Source: Sphyrna mokarran (Eukaryota). Taken from it: a stretch of DNA of 64,000 nucleotides. The stretch's first letter is position 1; each line of letters starts with the position of its first letter. The stretch is from positions 58,032,001 to 58,096,000 of the forward strand of contig JAGIQG010000007.1 in NCBI GenBank assembly GCA_024679065.1, in the 5' to 3' direction. The translations under genes and the position numbers were made by a program. Positions 1-12,910 of this stretch are shown here, piece after piece. Under the pieces are notes generated by a model. That model was not told the DNA's origin, searched no databases, and worked only from the letters and a program-made list of their open reading frames with translations.

Positions 1-410
1 GGCAGTATTGTCTGTCACTGCTCCTCACTATCAGCCATCTTCGTGTCATCTGCAAACTTGCTGATCACACCACTTACTCCCTCTTCCAAGTCATTTATAT
101 TTATTACAAATAGAAGAGGTCCCAGTACTGAGCCCTGGGGCACACCACTAGTGACCGACCTCCAGCTAGAAAAAGACCCTTCCACTACTACTCTGTCTCC
201 TATTACCAAGTCAGTTCTCAATCCATCTAGACACTTGTCCTTGTATCCCATGAGCTTTAACCTTTTCCACCAACCTACCATGAGGGACTTTGTCAAACAC
301 CTTACTAAAATTCATATAGATGACATCCACGGTTTGTCCTTTGTGGACCGTTTTTGTCACCTCTTTAAAAAATTCTACCATATTCATAAGGCACGATCTC
401 CCCTTTACAA
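1..410 (-). mobile_element. CR1-type LINE fragment (RT region), runs off the window edge
   Basis: Minus-strand translation gives CR1 RT motifs [29 protein letters not shown] and SKFADDTK, broken by frameshifts. Confidence 0.9.
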
Positions 411-2882
411 TGTCAGGATGCTGGATAGAGTGGCGCAGAGGCAGTAAACCCTGTACATACACTCTAGGAGAAGGCTGTCCAGCAAGCTGACCACACTTGT
501 CTGGGATGCAGTGGTGACTCAGCAGTGTCAGAAGAAGATGCATGACCTTCTCTGCTCAGCCAAGGTAAATGAACTACCTCTATCTCCCACTGTACCTCCT
601 CAAATGCCCCTCACAGCCCTAAGCCTTTCTCTCACTCAACCACCTTAGCTTCTGCCAACACCAGACACCAGATTGTCCCTCTCCCTCCCATAATTACTAT
701 GTTCCTCCAGTAACTGCTGTGCTCCTCTCACTCCAGCTCCCACCAAGCCCCACACCTGCCACACGTCATCACTATCTTAAATGTCAGCGCTTCTACCTAC
801 ATTCTCTCTATCTGTGTCATTGCAGGACAAGCCCAACTACAACAGTTATCAGCAAGTGCAGGCAGCTGGAGTCATGCCCAAGTTGAGACCTCTCAAACAC
901 ATTGAGGAGTGAGCCCTCGAACTGGCTGGGGAGGAGGGAGACCATGCCTGCACTCCTGCTGAAGTGGGGAAAAGAGAAATCCTCAACACACACCCTGTCA
1001 TTCCTCAAGTCTCAAGTGAATAATCAATGTTCCTATTATATCCCCTGCATTGATGCCATGTTCTTTCTCTTGCAGGCCGGTCACTGGAACAGGCTGGACC
1101 ATCTCACACCTCCTGGACCAACCAGACTCTAGCAGTTCAGAGGGAACTTTTCCAGCCCCACCACTGAAGTAGTGTCACAGCTGTCACTCACACCCGGCAC
1201 CAGTGGAGAACTCACACCTCAGTGGATTTAATAAGTAGACAGGCTTCTGAGTCACTCACTGCTGAGCATCTCACAGCTGAGCATCTCACAGCTGAGGATC
1301 ACAGTAGGCAGAGGCAGGGATGTCTGAGGGAACTGGCACTTGGAGGGATATTGGAGCCCAGGACACTGCTGAGCCCTTGCCGATGATGTGCCCCTGGGCC
1401 TGGTTGTCCCACAGCTGCTGGAGATGTAAAGGTAGAGTTGCAAGTATCAGGAAGGTTCGATAGCAGCTCTCCTCAAACTCCAAGGTTGATTGGAGGAATT
1501 CCATTGCCATCTATCTGATGGTGCCATCACTGCAGCACACTGAGGCCAACACTGCAAGCTTGACATCCACAATGAGACCTATAGTCATAAACTCCATGGC
1601 AAGAGGTGAACACAACATGGTGCAAAACTTAGACTGCATGCTGCAGGCACTGGTGGGAATCCATGAGTGTTAGAGCAAGAGAATGATGGAGCTTCTGGAT
1701 CTCCATCCAGCTGTCCCTCCATCCCAGGAGGGGACACAGGGGTTCCTGGAACATAAAGGGAAGAGATCAGCAGGAGTACAGCCCACAGTCCCCCAGACTG
1801 GCAACCTTGGGCATCTCTAGTCCATTTGACATTCCATTCCCTTTGAGCAACATGCCTCCAGCCCCTGACACTGAGGGGGGCAGCAGTTCAACATCAGTAC
1901 TGACTGAAAGCAGGCTTGGATCTTCAAGGTCCTGGCTCCCCCAAGGGACACCCACCAAAGTCTCTCAGGCAAAAGGGCATGGAAGTCCACAGGCCACCTC
2001 AATCTCAGCTGTGGATCATAGGGATGGGAGGGTGAGGAACATGAAGAAACCACAGGCAATTAGCAGCCACAGGTGAATATAAGCACTATTGCAGATAGGT
2101 CACCATTTTGCGTTGAATGTTTGGCAATAAATTTCACTTTATTCATCCACAGAGTCTCCACCCTGTCTGTTTGTGCCACCAAACTTGGGGGAACCACCAC
2201 CCTCACCTGGTGCCTCATCCCTGTGGAGTGTGAGAATAGCAGTGCTATGTCTCTCCCATCTTCTAGCCAGCTCCCATGAAGAAAGGGCACTCTGTCAGTT
2301 GTGATATGGACAGGAATCCAGGAAGGCGGACATGGGAAGTATTGCCTGCATACCAGCCTTCACAACTTCTTTAGAGCAAGGGACAAGCCAACATGAAGGG
2401 TAGAGAAGGTATGCAAATGACCATTCCTGATCTCTCTCTCTCTGAAATGGCAATTCTGGGACCCTGGCCCCGGGTTAAGCTGATCTGTGCAACCCAAATC
2501 CTCTCCAGTGCCCCTTAAGCAGTGTACACCGTACAGGGTTATGGCAACCTGGCACTCCACTCTGAAATTCTTCTCGGAGGTGAAGGCACCAGGTTCACCT
2601 TTATGTAAAGCTGTGGTAAATGGCACTGACGTGATATCACGCCAGCATCCGCTGAATATGTGTGATTGAGGGGGGTGGGATATGAAGTCCCAGAGAGAGC
2701 GCTTGCTAATGATGTTAGTATATTAAAATGAGCTTTCTACAGTCCTGTGGCAACCTTCAAGTCACTCCACGGGCAAGAGGTTGGTAAAATCAGGACTCAG
2801 AAACCCGCTGGCACTAATCACACTCTCCGGATTTTGATGATGATCTGATATTCCCGCAGATGTGAGAGATCAAAATTGCCCT
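411..2882 (+). mobile_element. Degenerate Harbinger/PIF DNA transposon carrying a three-exon Myb/SANT-like accessory gene relic
   Basis: Exon-1-like segment reads LDRVAQRQ...WDAVVTQQCQKKMHDLLCSAK then GT donor at 565; acceptor tgcag at 821-825 followed by DKPNYN...LRPLKHIEE*ALELAGE; second acceptor at 1071-1075; TIR-like end aaaattgccc near 2880. In-frame stops present. Confidence 0.7.
1255..1304 (+). repeat. Short tandem duplication, ~15-bp unit x3 (tcacagctgagcatc)
   Basis: Direct reading: tcactgctgagcatc tcacagctgagcatc tcacagctgaggatc. Confidence 0.8.
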
Positions 2883-3739
2883 CTAAGTCTTACAATTTGC
2901 TGAGACAGCACAACTGACAATTGGAAACCTCCGTTTCATGACATCACTGTTTAAATTAATTCAACATTTTGAGCATCCAGGGAGTATCAATGATGTTTCT
3001 ATTATGCAGTAGTCCATGATAGTCTCCAAAGCTCTCTAAATTATAAGGGGATATCAATAATTAGAATAGTTATATTTTGTCAAAACATGTGCACCCAAGT
3101 GAGCACAAGGTGTATATATCAAAAATCTTGGAGACAAAACTGTTTGATTAATTTTAACAGCATACTCAGAATTTACCAATATATGTTCCTGGCAGACGAG
3201 GCTTCTTGCTCGGAACCCACTTTTGTAGAATTGGTCCTACTTTGTATCAACTCAATGCTAATATCCATCGTCTTTCTATTCTAGTTGTTCCCAGTTGTTG
3301 CATGTTGTAGACTGAGTGGAAACTTTAGTTGGACTGCATTGTACTATCCCTTGATATACCTAGACATCCAATTTTGTATTTTAATTTGATCACTGTGGTA
3401 GGTACATTAATCATTGTATACAATACTATGTGAAGACACAATATTAGTTTTCGCAGGTACACTGGTGATACTCAGCTCTGTCTAATGTATTTGTGTACTG
3501 AAGATTAGCTGATACTCCTCAAGCCCTGAGGCATAAAAGTTCAGAGTGGAAATGATTTTGACAGGTCAGCTTGCAGCATTTGACACAACTCTGTTGAAGA
3601 CTCTTTAGAGAATCGTGGTCTTCGTATTTGCTATTTCAGAGAAAAAATAATTAACTGTGACAAAAATAAATTATGTATTTATTGTGCACTTTTGTCCAAG
3701 TTTTGATTTAGTGGCTGTTTCTTCAAAACTTACTCATGG

Positions 3740-4290
3740 TGCTCATAGAATGGTTACAGCACTGAAGGAGGATTTGGCTGACTCTTCAATCCCCCTTCCC
3801 CTGTCCTTCCCTGTAATCCTGCAAATCTATCCCTTCATTGCTTATCCAATTTTCTTTTTAAGTCCTGATTATATTTGCTTTTGCTGCACTCTCAGTAGTG
3901 CAACCCAGATTCATTAACTCACTTTTTGTTATATTGTTATTATTATTTCTTTTGCTAGTCATCTTAAATCAACATCCTCTAGTTCTCTACCTTTCCAATT
4001 TCTCCCTATCTGTTCTACCTAAATCCCTGATGACTTTGAACATTTCTATCAAATCTTCTGTTAACCTTCTGTTCTCTGAGGGGACAACCCTAATTTCTCC
4101 ACTCTATTCTTGTAGCTAAAGTTCCTCAGCCCTGGAAGCATAAATCTGTCAATCCTTTTGGCATCTGTTTAAATGCCTCACATTTTTATGAAAGTACAAT
4201 GTCCAGGATTGGGCAAAATGCTTCAGCAGAGACTGAACTAGATTATTATAAAGGTCCATCATAACTTTCCTGCTTATACACTCTACTATG
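3740..4290 (-). mobile_element. Old degenerate CR1 3' fragment
   Basis: Resembles the reverse complement of the CR1 RT C-terminus and 3' UTR seen elsewhere in the window. Confidence 0.6.
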
Positions 4291-4808
4291 ATAAGGCTCA
4301 GGCGCTTGTGGGGTTAGTGTAGGTGAGTACAGTATCACTCACACAGTGATGTAAGAGAACACATGACACACATTTGGGATTCAGTGTAAGATTGAACATG
4401 TGCTCATGCAAATATGGAGACAGCTCCTAGCTTGAACGATTTATTATATATATGTATATACTTCTTTTAGTTAATAAGTATTTGCTGTTAATCTGCTTAA
4501 AGATACAAAGTCTTCTCAAATGGTTTTCCAGCTCGCTGCACTCATCTTGAGAGAAACTCAATCAAATGGTGGCATTATTATTTGGGGGGGAATGAGAGCG
4601 GGATGAAATTGAACCAAGTACAATTGGATCTGGCCATAGGGGCTGCTAATTGCTGAGGTAGGCTGTTTAAAAGCCCATCTTGCTCACTGGGACTTAGTTA
4701 CTGTTTGTTAAACAATAGGTCCTCTAGCCCTTACTCCTAACACCCATAAGCCCTTAGTCCTTTTGCTCTATATTATTTCATGCCGATTCATGCCTCCATC
4801 AACTCTAT

Positions 4809-5783
4809 CAGTGTTTTGGGGCCACTGTTGTTTGTTATTTTTATAAATGATCTGGATGAGGGTGTAGAAGGATGGGTTAGTAAATTTGCTGATGATACCA
4901 AAGTCAGAGGAGTTTTAGACAGTGAGGGTGGTTGTTACAGTTTGCAGAGGGACATAGATAAGTTGCAGAGCTGGGCTGAGAAGTGGCAAATGGAGTTTAA
5001 TGTGGAAGAGTGTGAGGTGATTCACTTTGGTAAGAGAAATACGTGTGCAGAATATAGGGCTAATGGTAGGATTCTTAGTAGTGTAGATGAGCAGAGAGAT
5101 CTCGGTGTACAGGTGTATAGATCCCTGAAAGTTGGTACTCAAGTTGATAAGGTTGTTAAGAAGGCGTATAGTGTGTTAGCATTTATTGGTAGAGGGATTG
5201 AATTTCGGAGCCAAGATGTTATGTTGCAACTGTATAAAACTCTGGTGCGGCCGCACTTGGAGTACTGTGTACAGCTTTGGTTGCCACATTATAAGAAATA
5301 TTGGAGGCATTGGAAAGGGTGCAGAGGAGGTTTACCAGGGATGTTGCCTGGTATGATGGATAGGTCTTATGAGGAAAAGCTAAGGGACTTATTTTCATTA
5401 GAGAGAAGAAGGCTAAGAGGTAACTTAATTGAGACATATAAGATGATTGGAGGGTTAGATAGGATGGATAGTGAGAGCCATTTTCCTCGGATGGAGATGG
5501 ATAACATGAGGGGACATCGCTTTAAATTAAGGGGTGGTAGTTATAGGACAGATGTTAGAGGTGGATTCTTTACTCAGAGGGTAGTAAGGGCGTGGAATGC
5601 CCTCCCTGCAGTGGTTGTGGACTCGTCAAGTTTAAGGGCGTTCAAATGGTCAGTGGATAGGCATGTGGATAGCATTGGAATAGTTTAGGTTAGAGGGTCA
5701 TAAAATTGGTTCCATTTGTCTGTGCAGCATCGAGGGCCAAAGGGCTTGTACTGCGCTGTAATGTTCTATGTTCTATGTTCTAT
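4809..5783 (+). mobile_element. 5'-truncated CR1 LINE (RT C-terminal half, 3' UTR, atgttct tail)
   Basis: ORF 4780-5688 has [36 protein letters not shown] and FFTQRVVRAWNALP; it ends in tandem (atgttct)n. Confidence 0.95.
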
Positions 5784-6049
5784 CCCCCCACCCATTCCCA
5801 GAGGCCCCTCGTGCTGTTTTTGCCCACCCATGCCTCACACCCACTCCCAAAGGCCCCTTGCACCCTCCATGCCAACTCACTCAATATCCACCATGGGAGG
5901 ATCTCAGGAATCATGCTGAGATAAAATAAAATTCTAAATATCTATTACAGCCTTCACTATATTATAAAGCACTCCCATTTATGAAAGTCTATTCAAAACA
6001 TTTAAATCCAATAAAATACTTCATCACTTATAAAATGTCACATGATGGA

Positions 6050-6540
6050 AGAGATCAACAGTGCTGTCAAGCAGCACTTTTTAAACAATAACCTGCTCAC
6101 TGACATTTAGCTTGGATTCTACCAGGGTCACTTAAATCCTGACTTCATTATAGCCTTGGTTCAACCATAGACAAAGAGATGAACTCAAGAGGTAAGGTGA
6201 GAGCGACTGCCATCAAGGAAGCATTTGACCGAATGCGACATAAAGGAGCCCTTATAAAACTGGAGACAATGGGAAAACTCTTCCTTTGATTGGAGTCATA
6301 TCTGGCACAAAGGAAGATAATTGTGGTGGTTGGAGATAAGTCATCTTAGCTCCAGGATATAATTGCAGGAGTTCCTCAGGCCCTAGGCCCAACTCTCTTG
6401 AGCTGCTTCATCAATGATCGTTATTCTATCATAAAATCAGAACTGGGACTTTTCATTGACAGCGAACAACGTGTGGCAACATTTGTGACTCCTTAAATAT
6501 TGAAGCAGTCCATGTCCAAATGCAACAGGACCTAGATAAT
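6050..6540 (+). mobile_element. Degenerate CR1-clade LINE RT fragment of a second subfamily
   Basis: Remnants of NNLLTD..GF.QGH..PD.I.ALVQ, AFDR..H.GAL.KL and IAGVPQ..LGP.L.SCFIND. Confidence 0.7.
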
Positions 6541-6591
6541 AAATGTCAAAATTCCATTTGACTTTCTTATTACCTGCTGTACCTGCATAGT

Positions 6592-7577
6592 AGAGCCAGA
6601 ATTCTTCCAAAAAAATTCTAAGTGTCAAATTCATGTAAAAAACAAGTAATTCACACAGTTTTTTTTGAGTTGGAGTTCAGAGAAGAATCATCAACACTCT
6701 GTGCACTGCGGAGACTACCAGAGTGAATATCAAGGTTGGGGTCTTCTCCCGCTGGAGATGCTGAAATCAGGGCACTGAGAGGGCCACTATGCATGCACCA
6801 ATCTATTAACACCAAGAATGGCACATGTGCAATGGCCTTGCACTGATGGTCTCCTGATTACTGACCAGCTTGATTGCTGGCCAGCCCTGTGACACCACCC
6901 CACCGCCCCCCAGTGCCGGCTTTGTGGCTCCGACAGTCTGATTGCGGGCTCCAATTATTTTCAGGCCCAGCCCTGACCACCCCTTACTGGCCCACAGTCT
7001 TAATCTCCTCCCGCAATGCCAACACCACTAGAAAACCCCCAGTAGGCTCTACCCCCACTCTTGCACCGATATATCCCATCCCGCTGGCACAGCCTCTTTG
7101 CAATGGACAGTGCCAAGGTGCCTCTTGGGCATTGGCACTTTGCCCCTTTTCAGGTTCAGAGGCAGATACTGGCAGTGCCAATGTACTAATGCCCAGGAAG
7201 TACCATCCTAACCCCACTGCCCACTTGGAGGGTCCTCTTCACTCCAACAGGGTTGAGCTGCTACTTCCTCTTTACTGGGAAGCTATTCTAAACCTCGTTG
7301 GAGTGAAACACTCCCAAGGGATGAGGAGAAGCTAGTGGGACCAGAGAATTCAGTCCTGGGCCTACTAATCATATTTAAAATGCATTTAATTAAGTATTTA
7401 AATTATTTCCATGCCTTCCATTGATTTATGGCATAGAGCAGACGTCACCAGAATTCCAGCGCTGGGAAATGCTATCATGGCGGCAACGTGTGCATAAATC
7501 CTGCGCCTTGCCTGCTGTGATATTCTCCCGGCCGGCAGCGTTAAAAAATTAGCTTGATGGGAGGGAGAATCGTAGCC
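6592..7577. mobile_element. Harbinger-derived non-autonomous element (MITE-like) inserted into a CR1
   Basis: Imperfect TIRs agccagaattct ... agaatcgtagcc; the flanks rejoin as continuous minus-strand CR1 (acctgctgtacctgcatagtag / atttctgcgattcat). Related ends occur at 40900-41112. Confidence 0.65.
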
Positions 7578-7970
7578 TAGATTTCTGCGATTCATACACA
7601 AGAATACGCACACTGAAACACTCCAAAATTTCTCTCTACTTAGATTTGCCTTTGTATTTATCCTACCAAAATGGATAACCTCAAACTTACCCACATTAAT
7701 CTCAATTTGCCAAATTTTACTGCATTCACTTAAACTACTCATATTCATTTTTTAAATTTCTATTCAATTACGGCAACTTATTATAGCACCTATTTTAGTG
7801 TCATTTGCAAATTTGGCCGTGGTACTTATTATCTCTGCATCCAAATCATTAATATAGATTGTAAATAGCTGGGGATTGTGGACCGAACCTATGGCACCCC
7901 CTAGATGCATTTTGCCAACCCAAGGAAGATTATGTGCTTTCTGTTGGATAGCCAAACTTTCATTCAAGGA
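7578..7970 (-). mobile_element. CR1 RT fragment (continues 6545-6591)
   Basis: PQLFTIYINDLD, AKFANDTKIG and WQIEINVGKFEVIHFGR in minus-strand ORFs. Confidence 0.85.
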
Positions 7971-9260
7971 CAGCTCTTTGGGTAATGACAAAAAGCTGCA
8001 AGATCAGATTTTTCTCAACTCTCACTGACATAGGCAAGTTATTTTTTTAAATTTTAAGCTAACTGTTTGCACATTCTTTTTCGTCTATAAGATCTCCTTA
8101 AAATCTATTCCATTGATAAAGTTATGATCACTCTTTTTATTATCTCTTGATGCATATATTCTTTGTTCCTTGGGATAGTTTTTTCACATTAAATGTACTT
8201 TATCAATGCAGGATCTGGCTATTTATAATTGGAACAAAAACAATGGAGATGTACAACACATCCATGGCACCCCACCTGTCATAGGCAAAGCCTGTTCTGT
8301 TAATCACCAGCTTGAATTTTCCATTGCCATGGTATATTCAATTTCATGCAGCATTCATTGTTATGGATTGTTAATCTATGTAAAACACCCACATTCACCT
8401 CATCACGCTATATATGTGTCAGAGGAGAAACTGTTATTTGATGACCAGGCTAATGAGGTTAAAAAAAGTCTCAACACTCACACATCCAAAAAGTGCAGAA
8501 CTGGGAAAGTGCTTCATAAAGCACAACATGCTACAGTGCACTGATATCACAACGAACAGACAGAATAAACAGCAGCACATTTATATGGCACCAAATGTAA
8601 TTACTGAGATTTTACTGACTTCCATGAATTAAAGACATTACATAAGAGCTACTGAGGCAAAACATCACTGCATTTTCAAGTAGATAAAACCCCCAGTCAT
8701 TTTGTTGACTCACTTTTCCAGCAATTTTTCGTTCATGCTGTAAAATTATTTTACTGGCTCTTTAGTGTAGTACCATTTTCCCAGAGCCAGGATGTCTGTA
8801 TTTTAAACATAAAATGTAAATGGAAGTGTACTCCACATACGATCGATCCTATACTTTTGACTCCTCTGGAGATCCTGCAGAGGAAAAAGTAATGTTCTGT
8901 GTAGCTCAGTTAAACATTTATATTTTAATATGTTCTTCAACTTAAAGAAGAACCTATATATTACTAGTCCTGGGTAAGGTCAGGTGATTTTGGGATTATT
9001 GTCTTTCTGGAATCATACTGGATATATTTGGGGAGGTTTTAGCCATGTCATTAATGAACCAATTCACAAGCTGAATTAATCAAACTACCCAAGTCCTTTC
9101 CAAATAAGATAGCAGTTTGTGGACACAGGAGAAATACGTTCCTCATTTTTTTTACACATTTCTCATACATACATATTACAAAACCAAGTTTCGAGCTGCT
9201 GCATGAGGTACATTTTGAAGCATTTTGCCCAACACTTGACAATTTGAACCCTTTCTTACT

Positions 9261-9781
9261 GGGTGGGATTTTTCTCCCTCTTCACAGCTTTTTTTATGGT
9301 GACAGGAGGCAGTGCCCTGCTCGCTAATGGTGGGATTTAATGGTTCCAATATTGTCAATGGGTTTTTCTGTCGAATGCATCCTTCACTGCTGAGAAATCT
9401 GCAGTGGGCATGCACAGTTGGCAGAACTTGGGGTACTGGAGAAATGCTTGTGGTATTGGGAAAGGACACGCATCGTGGTCATCTGTTGTGCCCTTTGCAA
9501 CTTCGATCTACAACAGGGGGAGGAACTGCCTGAGGACAAAGTGAAAGAGTGGCACCAGATTTGCAGGTAATGTCAATGTAGGCAAAGAGGATGAGTTCCT
9601 GGAGATGAGGCAGCAGCAATGGCAATTGGGGAGGTTGGTGGGAGTGCAATTTCCAGAGCAAAGATCTGGGGAGTGTCCACGGGGGAGCATGACAGGAATT
9701 TTCCTATATCCTGTATATATTGTGTACGCAGCATACTGGAGATTGGAGTACATGCGCCAAAGTGCCCCTAAAACTTGCCCC
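9261..9781. mobile_element. Probable Harbinger-derived MITE
   Basis: Ends gggtgggatttt ... aaaacttgcccc form imperfect TIRs like those of other Harbinger relics here. Confidence 0.45.
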
Positions 9782-9784
9782 ATA

Positions 9785-12700
9785 GAAGGCATAGAAAATG
9801 CAGAGTACAGAATATGGCCCAATATGTCTCTGCTGAATGATAAAGAGCTACCCAGCTCTGTCTTCCTGTACTTGGCCTCTAGCCCTGCAAATAGACACCC
9901 CTGCACTTTTAAAATGTGATGAGAGTTCCTGGCTCTATCACCTTCTCAAGCAAAGAGTTCCAAGTGTCGACCATTCTGGGTGAAAAATATTTTCTCATCT
10001 GCCTTCTAATTCTCCTACCAATTGTACTTAATCTGCACACTTTGTTTTTGATACCTCTTATAAGGTAAATATGTTGCTCTTATTTACTCTCTCTTGACCC
10101 CTAATAATTTTATATACTCTACTAAATTACTTCTCAGCCTTCTCTGCTCGAAGCCCATCTAAACTTTCCTTAAAGCTAACATTTTTCAATCCTGGCAGCA
10201 TCCTCATAAATATCTTCTGCACCTGCCCTAGTGTAGTCACATCTTTCCTGAAATGTGGTGGAGAAACTGCATGTAGCAGTCCAGTTTAGTCCGACTAATC
10301 TCTTGATGAGATTACAGTCACTAGAGAGATGGTGCTTGATAGGCTAACGGGGCGGAGGGCAGGTAAGTCCCCAGGACCAGATGGAATGCATCCCAGGGTC
10401 TTCAAGGAAATGGCAGAGGTGATAGCGGATGTCCTGGTAATTATCTTCCAGAATTCGCTGCACTCCGGGAAAATGCCGGAAGATTGGAAAATGGCTAATA
10501 TTACGCTGCTGTTTAAAAGCTGAACATATTCAGCGAGGAAGCCTCCAGCACCTCATCAGGCAGAGAATTCCGAAGATTCATCACCCTTTGCGTGAAGAAA
10601 CTCCTCCGCAACTCTGATCTTAAAAAAGGTAGCAGACAGAAGGCAGGGAATTATAGGCTGGTTAGTTTAATGTCTGTGGTAGGAAAAATGTTTGAATCTG
10701 TCTTCAAAGCAGAACTAATGAGGCACCTGGATACAAACTGTTTAAACGCAGCACGGATTCGTTAAGGGGAAGTCGTGCTTGACGAATTTATTGGAGTTCT
10801 ATGAGGAAGTGACTAGTGCGGTAGATAGAGGGGAACCAGTGGATGTGGTGTTTTTGGATTTCCAAAAAGCGTTTGATAAGGTGCCTCACAAAAGATTGCT
10901 GCAGAAGGTTAAGGTGCAGGGAGTCGGGGGAAGGGTGTTAGACTGGATAGAGGATTGATTGTCTAATAGGAAGCAGAGGGTAGGTATCAATGGGTGCTAT
11001 TCTGATTGGCAGCTGGTGACTAGTGGAGTATCCCAGGGTTCAGTGCTGGGGCCTCAACTATTTACCATTTATATAGATGATCTGGAGGAAGGGGCTGAGT
11101 GCAGGGTGATGAAATTTGCTGATTGCATGAAGATGAATGGAAAAGCAAATTGCGTAGAGGGTGTGGAAAGCCTGCAGAGGGATCTGGATAGGTTGAGTCA
11201 GTGGGCAAGGACCTGGCAGATGGAATATAATGTTAGCAAGTGTGAGGTTATCCAGTTTTGTAGGAATAATGTAGGAAGGATTACTATTTAAATGGTGAAA
11301 AGTTGCAGCATGCGAAGGTGCAGAGGGATCTGGGGGTCCTTGTGCATGAATCGCAAAAACACAGTATGTAGGTGCAGCAGGTGATTAAGAAGGCAAATGC
11401 AATGTTGGCCTTTATAGCTAGGGGGATAGAATATAAAAGTAGGGAGGTTCTGTTGCAGCTGTACAGGGTGCTGGTGAGGCCGCAGCTGGAGTACTGTGCA
11501 GTTTTGGTCGCCGCATTTGAGGAAGGATATATTGGCCTTGGAGTGGGTGCAGAGAAGGTTCACTAGGCTGATACCGGACATGAGGATGTTGGAATATGAG
11601 GAGAGACTGAATAGGCTAGGTTTGTACTCTTTGGAGTTTAGAAGGCTGAGAGGGGATCTTATAGAGACGTATAAGATAATGAAGGGGATGGATAGGGTAG
11701 AGGTTGAGAGACCCTTCCCGCTTAGCAAAGATAGCAGGACTAGAGGGCACAACCTCAAGATTAGGAGGGGGCCGGGTGCAGTTTAGATCAGAGTTGTGGA
11801 AGAGTTTCTTCACGCAAAGGGTGGTGAATCTTTGGAATTCTCTGCCTGATGAGGTGGTGGAAGCTTCCTCGCTGAATGTGTTCAAGAGTGGATAGGTTCT
11901 TGATTGACAAGGGAATTAAGGGTTACAGGGTGAAAGCGGGAAAGTGGTACTGAACCACTGCAGATCAGCCATGATTTTATTGAATGGCGGAGCCAGCTCG
12001 AGGAGCTGGATGGCCTACTCCTGCTCCTATTTCTGATGTTCTTATGTTTCTTATGTACAGTTCTAGCATAATCTCTCTGCTTTTATATTTTATGCCTCAG
12101 CTAAAGAAGGAAAGCATGCCCTACGCCTCCCTCCTTAAGCACCTTATTGAACTCCTGCTACCATAATGGATTTGTGGACATATACTGCAAGGTCCCTCTG
12201 TTACTCCATATTGCTTGTTATTCTTCTATTTGCTGTGTATTCCTCTGCCTTGTGGCACATCCAAAAATGTATTAGCTGACACTTCAGCAAAATGAATTCC
12301 ATTTTTTTACTTTTCTGCAAAACTGCTCCTACCATCCATAACTTTACTCAATCTCAAGCTTTTCTCCTCACTGTCATTAAGACAGCTGGTTTTTGTTTCA
12401 TCTGCAAACTTCTTTAATGTATCCCTACATTTGATCTAAATTACAAAAAGTAAGAGGCTAAGTACTGAGCCCAGCTGAACCCCACGGGTAACAACTTTCC
12501 AGTTCCAAAAATACTTGTCAATCATTCCTGTTTTTTTCCCTATCTCAAAGCCAGTTTTGGATCCAATTTGCCACTCTCCCATGAACTTCAAGAACTTTTA
12601 CTTTTTTGACCATGTGGGACCTTGTCAAATATCTTGCTAAAATCTGTACAGCGCACATCCATTGTACCTACCCTGATCAACACTACTTGTCACCTCCGCA

Positions 12701-12910
12701 ATTGAAAGTTAGTCAGTCCTAACCTTTGTTAATCCTCTGACTTGATTAATTCATGCCTTTCTAAATTTAGGTTTATACTGTCTCTCAGAATTGATTCCAA
12801 TAATTTGCCCACCAATGAACTTATGATGACTGGTCTATAATTACTTGGGTTATCCCTTCCTCTTTTTTCAAACAATGCTAAAACATTGGCAGTACTCCAG
12901 TTCTTTCCTG
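9785..12910 (-). mobile_element. Old minus-strand CR1 (9785-10290 plus 12056-12910) split by a younger plus-strand CR1
   Basis: Both halves match reverse-complement CR1 RT/3' UTR (e.g. tgtgggaccttgtcaaa = FDKVPH; tcatctgcaaactt = KFAD) and are collinear across the insertion. Confidence 0.7.
10295..12055 (+). mobile_element. 5'-truncated CR1 LINE, RT domain with stops/frameshifts, (tgtttctta)-type tail
   Basis: KSPGPDGMHPRVFKE, DFQKAFDKVPHKRL, VSQGSVLGPQLFTIYIDDL, LYRVLVRPQLEYC and FFTQRVVNLWNSLP. Confidence 0.95.

Noticed and set aside
4305-4520. Possible solo LTR (also 33700-34620 and 21200-21970)
   Set aside because: LTR-like composition, but I could not define TG..CA termini with a TSD.
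8212-8331. Plus-strand exon-like segment within ORF 8206-8544
   Set aside because: Weak donor gtatat and no recognisable homology.
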